DNA of 64,000 nucleotides from Pseudomonadota bacterium. GTDB lineage: Bacteria > Myxococcota_A > UBA9160 > PR03. The position numbers and the translations under genes are program-made. The DNA is taken from positions 1,221-65,220 of the forward strand of contig QEVM01000013.1 in NCBI GenBank assembly GCA_003576805.1, given 5' to 3'. This document shows, piece by piece, positions 1 through 7,726 of this stretch (the first letter of the stretch is position 1; every line of letters begins with the position of its first letter). The notes below the pieces were generated by a model. The model saw only the letters and a program-made list of their open reading frames with translations, was not told the DNA's origin and searched no databases.

Positions 1-623
1 CCGCCCGCGACCGACGGCGCGGGCCCGACGAGGTCGAGCTTCGGCACCACCAGCACGTCCACCGCGGCGACCTGGTCGTCGTCGGCGAACGCGTACATCG
101 GCACCGCGACGTAGACGCCCTCGTCGTCCACGCCGAGCATCGGGAAGTCGGCCCACGTCTGGTCGCTGGCGTCGGCATCGATCGCGAAGCCGGTCCAACC
201 CCCGGTCGGATCCTCGCCGTTCGAGACGGCGAGCAGGATCTGGTTGGGGAGGAACGCGGCGTTGGCGGCGGTCGCGAACCAGCGCCGCGAGCTCGCGTCG
301 TAGAGGAGGCGCGGATCGAACGGGCCGTTCGGAGACGCGACGCCCGCCGCGGACCAGAAGTCGGCGAGGCTCGCCGACACGAGCGGCGCGCCCGACTGCT
401 TGTCGAATACCGCCCAGCGGCCGTTCAGCATGATCGCGACGTGCGCGTCGCCGACCGCGCCCTGCACGTCGGGCGGCGTGATCGCGCCGCCGGTCGCGGC
501 GACGAAGCCGCGCTCGACCTGCGCCGGCACGGCGTGCGCCGCGCCGGCGAGCGCGAGCAGCGCGATCGCCAGCGCGATCACCGCGGCGGCGGCGCGAGCG
601 TGCGCGGTAACGAGCGATTGCAT
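1..623 (-). CDS. hypothetical secreted protein (C-terminal part lies outside the window)
   Basis: Absent from the ORF track because it is open at the window edge. Reading the complement from ATG 623-621 gives MQSLVTAHARAAAAVIALAIALLALAGAAHAVPAQ..., which looks like a signal peptide. The frame stays open to base 1. Third codon positions are almost all G/C, as in confident genes here. No family recognised. Confidence 0.65.
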   Translation of the reverse strand, partial: MQSLVTAHARAAAAVIALAIALLALAGAAHAVPAQVERGFVAATGGAITPPDVQGAVGDAHVAIMLNGRWAVFDKQSGAPLVSASLADFWSAAGVASPNGPFDPRLLYDASSRRWFATAANAAFLPNQILLAVSNGEDPTGGWTGFAIDADASDQTWADFPMLGVDDEGVYVAVPMYAFADDDQVAAVDVLVVPKLDLVGPAPSVAG

Positions 624-724
624 CGCGCCGGCCTCGACAGCGGAGGGAAGGGCAGGGTAGACCGACCGTCTCGCCGCGCACAGCCCGCGGCGCGGAGCGC
701 GCGCCGACTCCCTACGATCGCGAC

Positions 725-1486
725 ATGGATCCCGACTTCCTCTACCGCTGGGCGCTGATCGGACTCGCCGCGTTCGGCGCGTTCTCGTTCGCGACGCTGT
801 TCTTCGTGCCGGCGCCCTACGGCCGCCACCAGCGCGGCGGCTGGGGCCCGACCGTGCCGACGCGGCTCGCCTGGATTGCGCAGGAGCTGCCCGCGCCGCT
901 CGTGTTCGCGCTCGTGTTCGCGCGCGGCGAGCACGCGGACCGGCTGGTTCCGCTGCTGCTGCTCGGCCTCTGGCAGCTCCACTACCTGCAGCGCACGTTC
1001 GTCTTCCCGCTCTTGATGCGCGTCGGCGCCAAGCGCACGCCGCTCGTGACCGCGCTGCTCGCGTTCGTCTTCAACTGCGTGAACGGCGCCGCCAACGCCT
1101 ACGCGATCACGCACGGCGCGCTGCGCCACACCGAGGCCTGGCTCGCGGATCCGCGCTTCGCGATCGGCGCCCTGCTCTTCCTCGGCGGCTGGGCGCTGAA
1201 TCTGCATTCCGACGCGATCCTGCGTCGCCTGCGCGCGCCCGGCGAAACGCGCTACGAGATCCCGCGCGGCGGCGCGTACCGCCTCGTGAGCTGCCCCAAC
1301 TACCTCGGCGAGATCGTCGAGTGGTGCGGCTGGGCGCTCGCGACGTGGACCTACGCCGGCGCCGTCTTCGCCTTCTTCACCTTCGCCAACCTGTTCCCGC
1401 GCGCGCTCGCGCACCACCGCTGGTACCGCGAGCGCTTCCCGGACTACCCGCGCGAGCGCAAGGCGGTCATCCCGTTCGTCGTGTGA
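725..1486 (+). CDS. 3-oxo-5-alpha-steroid 4-dehydrogenase (steroid 5-alpha-reductase) family membrane protein
   Basis: 253-aa multi-TM ORF. The C-terminal block RGGAYRLVSCPNYLGEIVEWCGWALATW...HHRWYRERFPDYPRERKAVIPF is typical of this family. Confidence 0.8.
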   Translation: MDPDFLYRWALIGLAAFGAFSFATLFFVPAPYGRHQRGGWGPTVPTRLAWIAQELPAPLVFALVFARGEHADRLVPLLLLGLWQLHYLQRTFVFPLLMRVGAKRTPLVTALLAFVFNCVNGAANAYAITHGALRHTEAWLADPRFAIGALLFLGGWALNLHSDAILRRLRAPGETRYEIPRGGAYRLVSCPNYLGEIVEWCGWALATWTYAGAVFAFFTFANLFPRALAHHRWYRERFPDYPRERKAVIPFVV

Positions 1487-2720
1487 AACGCAGCGCGGCG
1501 AGCGCGCCGAGCGCCGCGAGCGCGCCGAGCGCGCCGTCCGGCTCGGGCACGAGCCGCCACACCTTGCCGAGCAGCGAGACGACGTAGAGCTCGCCGTCGC
1601 CGCCTTCGCTGATCGCCACGATCTGCCGGATCGTCTCGGGCGGCGAGACGTCGATCGTGCTGGTGAGCTCCTCCACGTCCGTGACGCCGCCGTCGGGCGT
1701 CCAGCGCAGCGAGATCAGGCGGCCGGAGCACCAGTCGCCGAAGAAGTAGGCGCCGCGCAGCGACGGCGACGCGCTGCCGCGGTACACCGAGCCGCCCGCG
1801 ATCGCGCACGACGGACGCCCGAGCGTGTAGATGGGCAGCACCAGCGCGGAGTCGTTGCACGGGAGCTCGGAGGGATCGGGGTCGGGGTCCGAGGCGCTCT
1901 GCTTCGTGTAGCAGGCGTCGCCCTCCATCACGTCCCAGCCGAAGTTGAGGCCGGCCGGCGCGTCGCCCGGCACCGCATCGATCTCCTCGAGCGACTCCTG
2001 CCCGACGTCGCCGATGTAGAGGTCTCCCGTCTCGCGGTCGAAGCCGAAGCGGAACGGGTTGCGCAGCCCCTTCGCCCAGATCTGCCAGTCGCCGGTGCCG
2101 GGACTCGGCGTCGAGAGATCGAGGCGCAGCATCTTGCCGAAGGGGCTCGCGTCGTTCTGTGCGAGGTCGTTCGGGTCGCCGCCGCCGCCGCCGTCGCCGA
2201 GGCCGAGGTAGAGCCAGCCGTCGCGGATCGCGATCGTGCCGCCGTTGTGGTTCGTCTGCGGCTGGTCGAGCGTGAAGATCGGCGTCTCGCTCGCCTCGTT
2301 GGCGTCGTTCGACGTCGCGGGCGAGCCGCTCACCGTGAAGCGCGACACCACGCTCGACATCCCGACCGGCGACGACTCGCTGAAGCCCGTGTAGTAGACG
2401 TAGAACACGCCCGACGTCGCGTAGTCCGGCGCGAACACGAGCCCGAGCAGTCCGCCCTCGTCCACGCCCGGCGTGAAGTTGACCTGGCTCGCGATGTCGA
2501 GGAACGGCGCCGGCAGGAGCGCGCCGTCGTCCCACACGCGGATCGTGCCGCCGCGCAGCACGATGAAGACGCGGTCGTCGCCCGGCGGCCCCGTCGCGTA
2601 CATGGGATAGGTGAGCTCCGCCGCGATCCGCTCCGCGCGGATCTGGGAGGCGGCGGGCGCCGGCGTGAGCGCCACGGCGGCGAGCGCGGCGGCGGCGACG
2701 AGGGCGGTCGATCGGATCAC
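1467..2720 (-). CDS. PQQ-dependent sugar (glucose/sorbosone) dehydrogenase-like beta-propeller with PEP-CTERM anchor
   Basis: Signal peptide, then DQPQTNHNGGTIAIRDGWLYLGLGDGGGGGDP and LRNPFRFGFDRETGDLYIGDVGQ motifs of soluble SGDH-type enzymes. The C-terminus VPEPDGALGALAALGALAALRFTRR reads as PEP motif, TM helix and basic tail. The 3' end overlaps the convergent gene by 20 nt. Confidence 0.8.
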   Translation of the reverse strand: MIRSTALVAAAALAAVALTPAPAASQIRAERIAAELTYPMYATGPPGDDRVFIVLRGGTIRVWDDGALLPAPFLDIASQVNFTPGVDEGGLLGLVFAPDYATSGVFYVYYTGFSESSPVGMSSVVSRFTVSGSPATSNDANEASETPIFTLDQPQTNHNGGTIAIRDGWLYLGLGDGGGGGDPNDLAQNDASPFGKMLRLDLSTPSPGTGDWQIWAKGLRNPFRFGFDRETGDLYIGDVGQESLEEIDAVPGDAPAGLNFGWDVMEGDACYTKQSASDPDPDPSELPCNDSALVLPIYTLGRPSCAIAGGSVYRGSASPSLRGAYFFGDWCSGRLISLRWTPDGGVTDVEELTSTIDVSPPETIRQIVAISEGGDGELYVVSLLGKVWRLVPEPDGALGALAALGALAALRFTRRTG

Positions 2721-2840
2721 GTGAGCTCCCCGGGTGGCGGTTGCACCGCTCGCGACTCGGCGCCACGCGCGACCCGAGCGAGCGTCGCGCCGCGCGTCCG
2801 GAGGGACTAGCGCCTCCGCCCGGCTCCGTCGCGGCGACGC

Positions 2841-2917
2841 TGGCGCCCCGGGAGGGACTCGAACCCCCGACCCGCGGATTAGAAATCCGCTGCTCTATCC
2901 AGCTGAGCTACCGGGGC
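2841..2917 (-). tRNA. tRNA-Arg (anticodon TCT)
   Basis: The reverse complement folds as a cloverleaf: acceptor GCCCCGG/CCGGGGC, TA, D-arm GCTC-AGCTGGATA-GAGC, anticodon stem GCGGA/TCCGC with loop TT-TCT-AA, T-arm GGGGG-TTCGAGT-CCCTC, discriminator G. CCA is encoded. Confidence 0.93.
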
Positions 2918-3196
2918 GCGGCGGCGGGAAGCTAGCAAGTGGACTCGACGGATCGGGGCCCCGGGGATCGCTCGTCACGACCTCCCGAATCTCTCGGCGG
3001 AGAGCGGGTGTGCGCCGCCCGTTGCGCGCGGGGAAGACACGATCCGGGGTAGCCTTTGTACAGTGGGAAGGGCGCTTTGTCGGAATGCGCCCGGTCGCGC
3101 AGCCGACGTTTCGGCGCGGGCGACGGAACCGGCAAATCCCATTGTAGAACTGCACGCTGCAAGCGACCCGCAACGCGCTCCCCGTGTTCCGCTCGC

Positions 3197-3213
3197 AGGC
3201 ACGCCACTTGCTT
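3197..3213 (+). promoter_or_regulatory. sigma54-type (-24/-12) promoter candidate with no obvious downstream CDS
   Basis: aGGCACGccacTTGCTt: GG at 3198-3199, GC at 3210-3211. This matches the consensus TGGCACG-N4-TTGCW at all conserved positions except the first T. It lies in a 600-nt region with no credible ORF. Confidence 0.5.
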
Positions 3214-3223
3214 TTGCTAGCAG

Positions 3224-3431
3224 CGCGGGATCTTCGAGACAGCGGACACGGCGACGCCGTGCACACGCGGTGCTCGGGCTCCTCCCTCGAAATTGCTTTC
3301 TCGCGTTCTCCGGCCGCCGGGTCGTGAACGCGAACGACGAGTCTCGGTGCGCTGCAACGCATCGCACCGCGGCGGGCCTCCAGTGAGGCCAGGGTGCTCC
3401 GTCCTATGCCCCCCAGGACGGAGCACCTTCT
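3224..3431 (+). ncRNA. candidate sigma54-dependent small RNA (about 200 nt)
   Basis: Inferred only. It runs from the predicted start about 12 nt after the -12 element to three consecutive stem-loops: 3345-3369, 3375-3390, and a 13-bp stem at 3393-3427 followed by TTCT. It contains a C-rich CTCCTCCCTC tract at 3279-3288. No convincing ORF or RBS on this strand. Confidence 0.3.
3393..3427. terminator. strong stem-loop (13-bp perfect stem, 9-nt loop)
   Basis: GGTGCTCCGTCCT-atgcccccc-AGGACGGAGCACC. It lies 100 nt beyond the stop of the leftward ORF 3527-3865 and at the 3' end of the candidate sRNA. No clear U-tract on either strand. Confidence 0.4.
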
Positions 3432-3526
3432 CGCCGCCGTCCGTCGTCCCACACCGGAACGCAAGCACGAAACCGCCGAATCGCTCGCGCGATCCGGCGG
3501 CTGTGTCGGCGCTCGGCGGCGTTCGC

Positions 3527-3865
3527 CTATAAGTCGGTGCGCGCGACGCGCTGGGCGCCGCGCACGCTGTGCGGCGCCCGCGGCTGCACGAGCGAAGCGT
3601 GCGCGACGCGGAACGCGCGCGCGGCGAGCGGCGTGTCGTCGTGTACGTGCAGGCTCGCGAACACCTGCTCGAGCGCCTCCCAGATCTTGGCTTGCGCCTC
3701 GGGTTCCGGGAGATGGCGGAAGACGTACGCCATCCGCACGAAGTAACGGTCGTACAACTGATCGAATGCTTCGCGATCGCCGGCTGCAGCGCGCTTGGCC
3801 AGGTCGGCCTCTTCCAGTGCAATCCGGCGCAACGTCTCTGCGGAGTCCACATCGCTACGGGCCAT
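3527..3865 (-). CDS. hypothetical protein with sigma-70 region-2-like N-terminus (no region 4)
   Basis: ORF 3527-3937 trimmed to ATG 3865, which is preceded by GGAGGG (3871-3876) at 5-nt spacing. AAGDREAFDQLYDRYFVRMAYVF resembles the start of ECF sigma region 2. The protein is only 112 aa. Confidence 0.5.
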   Translation of the reverse strand: MARSDVDSAETLRRIALEEADLAKRAAAGDREAFDQLYDRYFVRMAYVFRHLPEPEAQAKIWEALEQVFASLHVHDDTPLAARAFRVAHASLVQPRAPHSVRGAQRVARTDL

Positions 3866-4015
3866 GCTCACCCTCCACTTGCTCCGCACCCATGACCACG
3901 GCAACTCATGAGCAAGTCGCATGCCAGGGCGCGACACGCCGCGGCGGCTCGCTGTCGCGCGGCTCGCCGGCCGTTTGCGACGGGGCCGGGGAGCGCCTAG
4001 CTTGCTCCCCCTCGC

Positions 4016-4093
4016 GGTGGGCGTAGCTCAGGTGGTTAGAGCGCCAGGTTGTGGCCCTGGAGGTCGGGGGTTCAAGTCCCCTCGCTCACCCCA
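4016..4093 (+). tRNA. tRNA-His (anticodon GTG)
   Basis: G-1 plus acceptor GTGGGCG/CGCTCAC (one G-U pair), TA, D-arm GCTC-AGGTGGTTA-GAGC, anticodon stem CCAGG/CCTGG with loop TT-GTG-GC, T-arm GGGGG-TTCAAGT-CCCCT, discriminator C. CCA is encoded. The extra 5' G is the tRNA-His hallmark. Confidence 0.93.
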
Positions 4094-4566
4094 TCGACCT
4101 CTCGAAAATCTCGAAACTTTCTCCGCTCGGTGGAAGATCGCTCTCGGCACCTGCCGGCGGGCCGCCACTCGTCCGAGCGGGAAGGTTCCCCGTCCGCACG
4201 GTCGGATCCGGCCCGCTCGGACGCGGCGCAGCCCGCCACAGTCCGCGTCCCGCGCCAAGCGCCGAGTGAGGCGTCACACGATCGGGTAGCCGACGTGCGC
4301 GCCGGGAACGGCCGTTCCCATTTCGCGGCAACACCATTCCGCGATCGCGCGCCGTCGCCGCAGCGTCGCGCCGCCGCCGACGCTGCAACAGCGCGCTCCC
4401 ACTCGCTTCTTTGTGTCCGCGCGGCGCCGCCGTGCCGCGGCGCGCGAATTGCGTGTGGGCGCCGCCGGGAAGGGGAGCGCCCGCGCGCCCCCGGCTCGCG
4501 CCGTTCGAGCGGCCGCTGCGAGGAACGCAGGCGGCCGGCCCGGCGCAACCCGGATCGGAGGAATCC

Positions 4567-5466
4567 ATGCTTCGTGCGCGTCGGTCGACGGTGGTCGGAC
4601 TCTGCTTCGCTCTCGGCATCGCTCTCGTGTGCGGCGGCGCGGACGGCGCGCGCGCGTCGCTCGTCCTCACGAGCGGCCTCGGGACGACCCACGCCGGCAA
4701 CCTCGTCGTGAACGGAAGCTTCGAGACGGGCGCGCCCGCGAGCGGGACTGCGAACCAGCTCTACTGGGCGACCGGCACGTCGCTGACGCCGTTCGGGGTC
4801 CCGCCCGGCTGGAGCAGCTCCGGCGCCGCGACGTCGTACGCGTCGTGGGGCAACGACGGCACGCCGGCGATCGTCGGCAGCGACGTCTTTCCCGACGGCA
4901 ACGCGGGCATGTACTTCGGCAACGGCGCGCCTGTGCTGGTGAGCCAGCCGCCGACGTTCCATGCGAACGGCGCAGTGACGTTCCCGTCGCCGCCGTCCTT
5001 CACGCAGTTCTTCGCGACCGCGCCCGTCGTGCTCTCCCAGACGATCAACACGCCGGCGAGCCCGGCGCCGTCCTACTCGCTCTCGTTCTGGGTGTCGGGC
5101 GAGGGCGCCGTCAGCGGCCAGCAGCTCGACGAGCGCGGCATCTTCGGGCTCCAGATCACGAACGTGCTGCCCGGCGATCCGATCCAGTTCCTGACCGTGC
5201 CGAACGGCGTCAACAACGGCTTCGGCACGTCGCACCTCTACGAGTTCACGTTCACGCCCTTGAACCCCCTGCTCCCCGTCGACGTCGCCTTCATCAACTG
5301 GGGCCACTTCGATCTGAGTCCGCACGGCGGCTTCGCCTTCACGACCGAGCTGGTGCTCGACGACGTGATCGTGAACGCGGTCCCCGAGCCGGGCACGCTG
5401 GCGCTGGTCGCGATCGGGCTGTGCGCGATCGCTTCGGCTGGCCAGCGTCGTCCGGCGCGCGAGTGA
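4567..5466 (+). CDS. PEP-CTERM sorting-domain protein, function unknown
   Basis: ORF 4411-5466 trimmed to ATG 4567, which follows GGAGG. Signal peptide, an NLVVNGSFETG start typical of many PEP-CTERM cargo proteins, and C-terminus VPEPGTLALVAIGLCAIASAGQRRPARE. Confidence 0.8.
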   Translation: MLRARRSTVVGLCFALGIALVCGGADGARASLVLTSGLGTTHAGNLVVNGSFETGAPASGTANQLYWATGTSLTPFGVPPGWSSSGAATSYASWGNDGTPAIVGSDVFPDGNAGMYFGNGAPVLVSQPPTFHANGAVTFPSPPSFTQFFATAPVVLSQTINTPASPAPSYSLSFWVSGEGAVSGQQLDERGIFGLQITNVLPGDPIQFLTVPNGVNNGFGTSHLYEFTFTPLNPLLPVDVAFINWGHFDLSPHGGFAFTTELVLDDVIVNAVPEPGTLALVAIGLCAIASAGQRRPARE

Positions 5467-5473
5467 GGCGCCC

Positions 5474-6427
5474 CTACTTGGAGAGTACGAAGAACGCGAC
5501 AGAGACGATGCGTTCCGACAATAGTGGCGAGCCGTGATGCAAAAGCCGCAACCCGCTGCTATCGCGAAGCCACGACGCGAGTCGCTCGAGGTCGTAACGG
5601 CGGAAACGCGCGAACGTGCGTCCAGAGCTTTCGTCGACGTGGCGGATCAGATGACAGCCGGGAACGCTCGATCCGGTTTCGATGTCGACCGTCGATCTGA
5701 CGCGTTCGGCGTACGTCGCGAGGACGTCGGCCGCAGCAACGTCCAACTGACCTGCCAAGCCGGCGGCGAGGAATCGCTTCTCGATCGGAGGATACTTGTC
5801 CGGTCTCATCCGGGGATCTGTGTCGATGGACCAGGCATTCCCCTTCACGGCCGCATCGACCAGGATCGAGTCGCCCGGCCGCAAGCCGGCTGCTAGCTCA
5901 AGGAAAAACTCTGCTTCCGTCGCTTCGAGGTTGCCGAGGGTGCCACCCATCAACGTAAAGATGAGGCGGGTCGAACGATCGCTCGGTCTCCGGCAGACGC
6001 GGAGAATCTCCTGGAGATCGCGCTCGAAGTCCATGCGCAACGCAACGTCCACGGTGGTCGTTTGACTCATGCGCTGCATCGCGCAGCCCAGCAGGAACGT
6101 GTTGCTGTCGACGAGCACGCAACTGAGCGGATCGCTCGCCCCCCGCTGTAGCTCGCGACCTATGGCCTCCTCGACGATTCCGTCGCCGCAGCCCAGAACC
6201 ACGAGCTTCGCGTGCGGGAGCGCGTGCAACGTTCGCAGCGCCAGCAGCAGATCTCTCACCAGCTCCGATGATGTCGCGAGCCAAGGAGCACGGTACGCCG
6301 GGTTCGCGATCAGCTCGAGCCAGGCGTCGGCTGCCTCGCGTGTGCCGTAGAGCGTCCGGTGGGTCACGATGCCGTATGCCCGGTTGCCACGACGGCGGTA
6401 GGACACAACAGTGATCTCACGCCGCAA
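5474..6427 (-). CDS. EgtD-like (histidine-specific methyltransferase family) SAM-dependent methyltransferase
   Basis: VVLGCGDG glycine-rich SAM loop and FTLMGGTLGNLEATEAEFFLEL, which resembles the FLGSSIGNF..EA..FL block of EgtD-type enzymes. TTG start. The gene is visibly lower in GC (about 60%) than its neighbours. Confidence 0.6.
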   Translation of the reverse strand: MRREITVVSYRRRGNRAYGIVTHRTLYGTREAADAWLELIANPAYRAPWLATSSELVRDLLLALRTLHALPHAKLVVLGCGDGIVEEAIGRELQRGASDPLSCVLVDSNTFLLGCAMQRMSQTTTVDVALRMDFERDLQEILRVCRRPSDRSTRLIFTLMGGTLGNLEATEAEFFLELAAGLRPGDSILVDAAVKGNAWSIDTDPRMRPDKYPPIEKRFLAAGLAGQLDVAAADVLATYAERVRSTVDIETGSSVPGCHLIRHVDESSGRTFARFRRYDLERLASWLRDSSGLRLLHHGSPLLSERIVSVAFFVLSK

Positions 6428-6443
6428 GGTGTAGCGAAGCGAG

Positions 6444-7682
6444 CTATCTCGTGTCGCCTCGATTCACCACCGGCGCGGCGACCGACGCCGCGACGATCGG
6501 GATGTCCGCGTCCGCCAGCGCGGGCAGGCGCGGCTTGCGGGCGAGCGCGGCCTCGATCCAGGGCGCGAGCTCGCGCGCCTTCTTCTCCTCGCGCTCGGCC
6601 GCGGCGGCGGCGAACTCCGGGAGCACCTCGGCGGCGAAGAGCTCGAGCGACTCGCAGATCTCGGCGTGGCGGTTGTTGCCGGCCTGCTGCAGAAAGATGG
6701 TCTGGTCGACGCCGGCCGCCTCGAAGGCGCGGACGTGCGCGCGCAGGTCGTCGGGCGTGCCGATGCCGGGCGCGTGCTTCGAGACGCCGTGCACCGCGCT
6801 CGCGACCTCACGCTCGGCGCGCTCGCGCTGGAAGCTCTCCCACAGCCGCGAGCGGCCCGGCACGGAGTCGCGCGCGACCAGCGCGGCGAGCGCGAAGCCG
6901 AAGAACTCGAAGCCCTCCTGGCCGCGCCGCACCGCCTCGGCGCGGTCGCGGTGGAGCGAGAACGCCGACACCATCGCGATGTTGGCGTTGACGGCGTGCC
7001 CGAGCGGCACGCAGGCGTCGCTGCGGATGGTGTCGTAGTAGATGCGGCTCCAGTTGCGCGCCTCGGCGGGGTCGACGAACGAGAAGGCGAGCGCGCCGAC
7101 GCCGCGGCTCGCGGCGACGCGGATCGTGTCGCGGTTGGTGCAGGCCATCCACATCGGCGGGTGCGGCTTCTGCAGCGGCTTGGGCAGCACGTTGCGGCAG
7201 GGCATCGAGAAGCTCGTTCCCTCGTAGCCGGGATAGGGCTCCATCACCATCATGTTCGCGATCTGCTCGGCGGCCTCGAGCGACCACGCGCGCTTGGCGC
7301 GCGCGGGCACGCCGAAGCCGTGCAGCTCGAGGCGCGTCGCGCCTTCGCCGATGCCGAAGTCGACGCGGCCGTTCGAGACGAGGTCGAGCGTCGCGAGGCA
7401 CTCGGCGGTGCGCGCCGGGTGGCTGTAGCGCGCGATCACCTGCCGGATGCCGTGGCCGAGGCGGATGCGCTCGGTCCGCGCCGCCGCGGCCGCGAGGAAC
7501 ACCTCGGGCGCCGAGCAGTGCGAGTACTCCTCGAGGAAGTGGTGCTCGACGGCCCACGCGGAGTCGATGCCGAGGCGGTCCGCGAGCTCGACCTGCGCGA
7601 GCGCCTCTTGGAACAGGCGGTGCTCGGCGCCGTCGTTCCAGGGGCGCGGGAGCTGGAGTTCGTAGAAGACGCCGAATCGCAC
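6444..7682 (-). CDS. LLM-class (luciferase-like) flavin-dependent oxidoreductase
   Basis: GTG start. MRFGVFYELQLPRPW...AVEHHFLEEYSHCSAPEVFL...GRVDFGIGEG pattern typical of luciferase-like monooxygenases. Confidence 0.85.
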   Translation of the reverse strand: MRFGVFYELQLPRPWNDGAEHRLFQEALAQVELADRLGIDSAWAVEHHFLEEYSHCSAPEVFLAAAAARTERIRLGHGIRQVIARYSHPARTAECLATLDLVSNGRVDFGIGEGATRLELHGFGVPARAKRAWSLEAAEQIANMMVMEPYPGYEGTSFSMPCRNVLPKPLQKPHPPMWMACTNRDTIRVAASRGVGALAFSFVDPAEARNWSRIYYDTIRSDACVPLGHAVNANIAMVSAFSLHRDRAEAVRRGQEGFEFFGFALAALVARDSVPGRSRLWESFQRERAEREVASAVHGVSKHAPGIGTPDDLRAHVRAFEAAGVDQTIFLQQAGNNRHAEICESLELFAAEVLPEFAAAAAEREEKKARELAPWIEAALARKPRLPALADADIPIVAASVAAPVVNRGDTR

Positions 7683-7726
7683 GCGCGCCCGCTCTCAGGC
7701 GCTGCTGCGCCGGACGCAGCGGCCGT

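Noticed and set aside
1487-1545. Short GC-rich tandem reiteration (gcgccgagcgc units) that might look like a repeat array
   Set aside because: It is the coding sequence of the ALGALAALGALAAL hydrophobic helix of the PEP-CTERM tail of gene 1467-2720. There is no spacer structure and it is not CRISPR-like.
2895-3464. Cys-rich 189-aa minus-strand ORF with a GAGGGAGGAG tract (3279-3288) upstream of an in-frame GTG at 3266
   Set aside because: The ORF runs into and overlaps the tRNA-Arg gene on the same strand. Its GC3 is only about 75%, against over 90% in real genes here. The spacing from the SD-like tract to GTG is long at 12 nt. I read the tract instead as a C-rich element of a plus-strand RNA.
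4304-4319. 16-nt perfect palindrome GGGAACGGCCGTTCCC followed by ATTT, about 210 nt after tRNA-His
   Set aside because: It could be a weak terminator or an operator. With no loop the stem is effectively 6 bp, and there is no supporting context. The evidence is too thin to annotate.
4094-6440. tRNA-His-associated genomic island
   Set aside because: Only the methyltransferase gene shows lowered GC. I found no integrase, transposase or direct repeat of the tRNA 3' end. Without a computed repeat search this stays unproven, so it is not called as a mobile element.
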